Positions 60,387 through 64,000 of a stretch of DNA of 64,000 nucleotides are shown here, piece after piece. Origin of the DNA: an uncultured Bacteroidota bacterium. Lineage in GTDB: Bacteria > Bacteroidota > Bacteroidia > JABEUT01. The DNA lies in assembly GCA_903916255.1 (NCBI GenBank), contig CAIWVW010000143.1:12589-76588 (forward strand), written 5' to 3'. A program made the translations under genes and the position numbers. The stretch's first letter is position 1. Every line of letters begins with the position of its first letter. The notes beneath the pieces are model-generated. The model worked only from the letters and a program-made list of their open reading frames with translations, searched no databases and had not been told where the DNA came from.

Positions 60387-61124
60387 TTACTGATTAAGTG
60401 TCTTTAAGCTTATAGCTGCTGATAATGCAGCGGTTTCAGTCCGCAAGGTCTTTTCATTTAACGAAACAGGGATAAAACCGTTTTCAATTGCCATATCTAC
60501 CTCTTCCTTGGTAAAATCGCCTTCAGGGCCTATTAAAACAAGTGCATTTTCTCCTTTTTTATATACTGATGGAAGACTCTTACGCTCCATATTACTGACA
60601 ACTGACGACTGACTACTGACAACTGAATTGCAATGCGGAATAAATTTTTGTCCGGAAAATGATTTGTACTTATCTATCAGTTTCTCAAATGAAACTAACT
60701 CTTCTATTTCAGGAAGGTATACCCTACCCGATTGCTTCATAGCTTCAATAGCTATCTTATTTAACCTGTCCGTTTTAATGACTCTTCTTTCAGAGTTACT
60801 GCATTCCACCGGAATAAATTTATTGAAACCGATTTCCGTTAGCTTTTCAATCAGCCATTCCATACGCACCATATTTTTGGTGGGTGCAACTGCAATTATT
60901 AATTCCCATGATTGTTCGGGCTCAAAATGTTGATCCCCTACCTTTAACAGGCAGGCTTTGGGATGGGCATTTTCAATTACTGCTTTAAAAAGGTTGCCTT
61001 TGCCATCCGTAATTTCAACCTCATCATTTTCTTTCAGGCGCAACACCCGAACACAATGCTTGGATTCCTCTTCATCCAATTTGCAAGTTTCTCCGGATAC
61101 TAATGGAATGTAGAATCTGTGCAT
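60387..61124 (-). CDS. rsmE: 16S rRNA (uracil1498-N3)-methyltransferase RsmE
   Basis: 245 aa. N-terminal MHRFYIP. C-terminal LIGPEGDFTKEEV matches the RsmE SPOUT-family motif. Confidence 0.85.
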   Translation of the reverse strand: MHRFYIPLVSGETCKLDEEESKHCVRVLRLKENDEVEITDGKGNLFKAVIENAHPKACLLKVGDQHFEPEQSWELIIAVAPTKNMVRMEWLIEKLTEIGFNKFIPVECSNSERRVIKTDRLNKIAIEAMKQSGRVYLPEIEELVSFEKLIDKYKSFSGQKFIPHCNSVVSSQSSVVSNMERKSLPSVYKKGENALVLIGPEGDFTKEEVDMAIENGFIPVSLNEKTLRTETAALSAAISLKTLNQ

Positions 61125-61128
61125 TGTT

Positions 61129-61213
61129 TTAAATTAGTAATTAATAATTAGTAATTAGTAATCAAAAGCCAATTCATGGAATTATTAATTACTAATTATT
61201 AATTACTAATTAA
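61129..61213. promoter_or_regulatory. Long AT-rich imperfect inverted repeat built from TAATTA(C/G)T units in the lepA-rsmE intergenic region. The right arm overlaps the lepA stop.
   Basis: Left arm ttagtaattaataattagtaattagtaat (about 61132-61161). Right arm attattaattactaattattaattactaatt (about 61181-61212). The arms are near-complementary. Confidence 0.3.
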
Positions 61214-63003
61214 AGTTTGAGTACAGCCATGAAAGCCGATTGCGGAATTTCCACATTACCCACCTGCTTCATGCGCTTTTTACCTTTTTTCTGCTTTTCC
61301 AACAGTTTGCGTTTACGGGAAATATCACCTCCGTAGCACTTAGCAGTTACGTCTTTCCGAATAGCACTGATATTTTCTCTGGCGATAATTTTGGCTCCTA
61401 TGGCTGCCTGTATGGCAATCTGGAATTGCTGACGGGGAATAAGTTCCTTTAGTTTTTCACAAATCTTTCTTCCAAATTCCTGGGCATGGTCACGGTGAAT
61501 CAATGCTGCTAAGGCATCTACTAATTCACCATTTAAAATTATATCCAGTTTTACTAATTCAGATTGCCTATAGTCAATAGGAGTATAGTCAAACGAAGCA
61601 TATCCCTTGGAAATACTCTTCAGCCTATCGTAAAAATCAAATACTATTTCAGCTAACGGCATTTCAAAAACCATTTCCACACGGTCGGTAGTAAGGTAAT
61701 GCTGGTTTTTAATAAATCCTCTTTTTTCAATACAGAGCGACATAATAGAGCCGACAAACTCCGTTTTGGTAATAATATTGGCCTGAATATAAGGTTCCTC
61801 CACATGGTCGAGCATAGTGGGGTCGGGCATATCGCTGGGGTTGTTTATAATCAGCATCTCCCCCTTGGTATCATACGCTTTATAAGATACGTTAGGAACG
61901 GTGGTAATTACATTCATATTGAACTCCCTGTCCAAACGCTCCTGAATAATTTCCAAATGCAGCATTCCTAAAAACCCGCAACGGAAGCCAAATCCAAGCG
62001 CAGCAGTGGATTCAGGTTCATATACAAGCGCAGCATCATTCAGTTGCAGTTTGCCCATAGCGCTACGCAATTCTTCGTAATCATCGGTATCAATTGGGTA
62101 GATTCCCGCAAACACCATCGGTTTCACTTCCTTAAAGCCATGAATGCCTTCCTGGCAAGGATTGGCAACGGTGGTTATTGTATCACCCACCCGGACTTCC
62201 TTGGCAGCTTTAATCCCTGAAATAATGTATCCTACATCACCCGCACTTACTTCTTTGCGAGGTTCATAAGCCAATCGCTGCACACCGACTTCCTCTGCAA
62301 TATATTCCGTTTCGGTAGAGACAAATTTTACTAAATCGCTTTTCTTAATGGTACCGTTCACTACTTTGTAGTAAGCCACAATACCACGGAAAATATTAAA
62401 TACCGAGTCAAATATAAGTGCTTGCAACGGTGCATTAGGGTCGCCCTTTGGCGCAGGAATACGTTCAATAATAGCTTCTAAAACCTCATTTACACCTTGT
62501 CCGGTTTTACCGCTTGCATGTAATATTTCTTCCCTGCGGCACCCAATAATTTCAACCATCTGGTCTTTTACCTCTTCAATCATGGCATTAGGCATATCCA
62601 CTTTGTTGAGAACAGGGATAACGGTTAGGTCATTGTCTAATGCTAAATATAAGTTTGATATGGTTTGAGCCTGTATGCCTTGGGTCGAATCAACCAACAA
62701 CAAAGCCCCTTCGCAAGCGGCAATAGAGCGTGATACTTCATATGAAAAATCAACGTGCCCGGGGGTATCAATAAGATTCAGTACATATTTTTGCCCCTTA
62801 TGTGTAAAATCCATTTGGATAGCATGGCTCTTGATGGTGATACCACGTTCACGCTCCAAATCCATGTCATCCAGAATCTGGGCTTGCATATCGCGTCCGC
62901 TGATGGTCTTGGTAAACTCCAACAGCCTGTCAGCCAGGGTACTTTTACCATGGTCAATGTGTGCAATGATGCAAAAATTACGTATGTTTTCCATTTTCGA
63001 CAT
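61210..63003 (-). CDS. lepA: Elongation factor 4 (LepA)
   Basis: 597 aa. N-terminal [22 protein letters not shown] GTPase motifs. LepA-specific C-terminal domain. Confidence 0.95.
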   Translation of the reverse strand: MSKMENIRNFCIIAHIDHGKSTLADRLLEFTKTISGRDMQAQILDDMDLERERGITIKSHAIQMDFTHKGQKYVLNLIDTPGHVDFSYEVSRSIAACEGALLLVDSTQGIQAQTISNLYLALDNDLTVIPVLNKVDMPNAMIEEVKDQMVEIIGCRREEILHASGKTGQGVNEVLEAIIERIPAPKGDPNAPLQALIFDSVFNIFRGIVAYYKVVNGTIKKSDLVKFVSTETEYIAEEVGVQRLAYEPRKEVSAGDVGYIISGIKAAKEVRVGDTITTVANPCQEGIHGFKEVKPMVFAGIYPIDTDDYEELRSAMGKLQLNDAALVYEPESTAALGFGFRCGFLGMLHLEIIQERLDREFNMNVITTVPNVSYKAYDTKGEMLIINNPSDMPDPTMLDHVEEPYIQANIITKTEFVGSIMSLCIEKRGFIKNQHYLTTDRVEMVFEMPLAEIVFDFYDRLKSISKGYASFDYTPIDYRQSELVKLDIILNGELVDALAALIHRDHAQEFGRKICEKLKELIPRQQFQIAIQAAIGAKIIARENISAIRKDVTAKCYGGDISRKRKLLEKQKKGKKRMKQVGNVEIPQSAFMAVLKL

Positions 63004-63067
63004 AGGGCATATTCAATTGGGCGCGCAAAAATAACCTATTTTCCTTAAAAGCCTTACCTTTGCAATA

Positions 63068-63385
63068 ATGAATAATCAGGATACTTTAAATAAAATTAAA
63101 GATACGGTGCATTCTTATCTGCCCGATGCACGGGTGATGCTTTTCGGTTCTCATGCTAAAGGAACCGCAAATAAACATAGCGATTATGATGTTTTGGTAA
63201 TTACCAAGACTACAATGCCCATTAGGGAAAAACGGAATTTAAGAGGAAAAATAAGTTGGGCTTTAGTAGAGAATATTGATGCTCCGTTTGATGTCCTTTG
63301 CCATAGTGAAGAAGAAGTGAATGAATATAAAAACTGGTATGGGCATATTGTCCATTATGCCATGCAAGAGGCGGTTGAATTATGA
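63068..63385 (+). CDS. Nucleotidyltransferase (MNT/Pol-beta superfamily) antitoxin-type protein
   Basis: 105 aa. LFGSHAKGTANKHSDYDVLV is the GS...DxD nucleotidyltransferase motif. Confidence 0.75.
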   Translation: MNNQDTLNKIKDTVHSYLPDARVMLFGSHAKGTANKHSDYDVLVITKTTMPIREKRNLRGKISWALVENIDAPFDVLCHSEEEVNEYKNWYGHIVHYAMQEAVEL

Positions 63386-63771
63386 CGACCAACCCAGAGC
63401 GTGATGTAAATAAGTGGATTGAAAAAGCTGAACATGACATATTAACTGTTCAAACAATAATTGAATACCAACCTTTGGTATTAGATACAGCTTGTTTTCA
63501 TTGCCAACAAGCAGCGGAAAAATATTTGAAAGCCTTTTTGGTTTTCAAAAAACAAGAGATTATTAAAACACATGCTATAGATTTCCTGATTAAACAATGT
63601 GCAAAATTTGATTCTGAGTTTAAAGATATTAATATAAAGGATATTCAAATTTTTGCAATTGATGCGCGTTATCCGGATGACTCCATCGAACCCACGATGG
63701 AGGAAACAAATGAATATCTGCAAATAGTAAATGAAATAAAAGCATTGGTACTGGAAAAAATTAAGGAATGA
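63382..63771 (+). CDS. HEPN-domain protein (toxin-type partner of the MNT gene)
   Basis: 129 aa, all-alpha. Overlaps the MNT gene by 4 bp (ATGA). A conserved Arg (AIDARYPDD) sits in the HEPN Rx4-6H region. Confidence 0.65.
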   Translation: MTTNPERDVNKWIEKAEHDILTVQTIIEYQPLVLDTACFHCQQAAEKYLKAFLVFKKQEIIKTHAIDFLIKQCAKFDSEFKDINIKDIQIFAIDARYPDDSIEPTMEETNEYLQIVNEIKALVLEKIKE

Positions 63772-64000
63772 AACCGCTATTTTTAATTCCTTTAAGTTTT
63801 TTGCTTTTCTCCTTTGTTGGAAATAAGCATAAAAATGACCTTGAATTAAAAAATTTAAAAGGGAAAGTAAAGACTACAATAGAACTTTGGTATCCTGTAA
63901 ATACAAAAACAGGAAAGATGGACACAATTCCTGAAAAGACGATTGAAAATTATGATAGTGAGGGGAACATGTTAAGCAGTAACTCATATCAACAGAATGG
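63768..64000 (+). CDS. Hypothetical secreted protein, N-terminal fragment; runs off the window end
   Basis: ATG at 63768 overlaps the HEPN stop. The sequence MKPLFLIPLSFLLFSFVG looks like a signal peptide. Confidence 0.35.
   Translation, partial: MKPLFLIPLSFLLFSFVGNKHKNDLELKNLKGKVKTTIELWYPVNTKTGKMDTIPEKTIENYDSEGNMLSSNSYQQN

Noticed and set aside
60595-60640. Short tandem actgac/actgacaactga repeats
   Set aside because: They lie inside the rsmE coding sequence (encoding the ...SQSSVVSN... segment). They are too short and irregular for a CRISPR array, and there is no spacer structure.

Overview
This 64-kb window is a chromosomal segment that is most likely from a Bacteroidota genome of the Sphingobacteriia/Chitinophagia type. 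Three proteins carry type-IX-secretion C-terminal sorting domains and the GC content is roughly 40%. Most of it is housekeeping: eno, rmlD, mnmE, metG, a tRNA-Arg, hemF, hemW, tsaD, a TamB-like gene, valS, a PyrR-like PRTase, a fused 2-oxoacid dehydrogenase E1, rsmE and lepA. Scattered among these are several two-component and ECF sigma/anti-sigma regulators. There are also secreted proteins: a streptopain-like C10 protease, a glycine-rich tail-fibre-like protein, and a BNR/Asp-box protein. A HEPN/MNT toxin-antitoxin pair sits at the 3' end. The main interest is a compact accessory cluster of about 17.5 kb (about 32.7-50.1 kb) with no mobile-element signatures. It encodes two paralogous acyltransferase-3/sulfotransferase modules, an LpxO/aspartyl-beta-hydroxylase-family enzyme with a membrane anchor, and five tandem paralogous Cupin_8/JmjC-like Fe(II)/2OG oxygenase homologues. 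It also carries a MOP-type flippase, a FabH-ACP-FabH-SDR cassette, a GtrB/ArnC-like GT2 and a GNAT. Three of the five cupin paralogs carry HxA in place of the canonical HxD/E iron-binding motif; the other two keep HxE. That is the substitution that separates Fe/2OG halogenases from hydroxylases. I read the locus as a candidate pathway for a heavily decorated glycolipid or glycan (sulfated, acylated, hydroxylated and possibly halogenated). I do not recognise it as a described system. No CRISPR arrays, IS elements, integrases or rRNA genes were seen.
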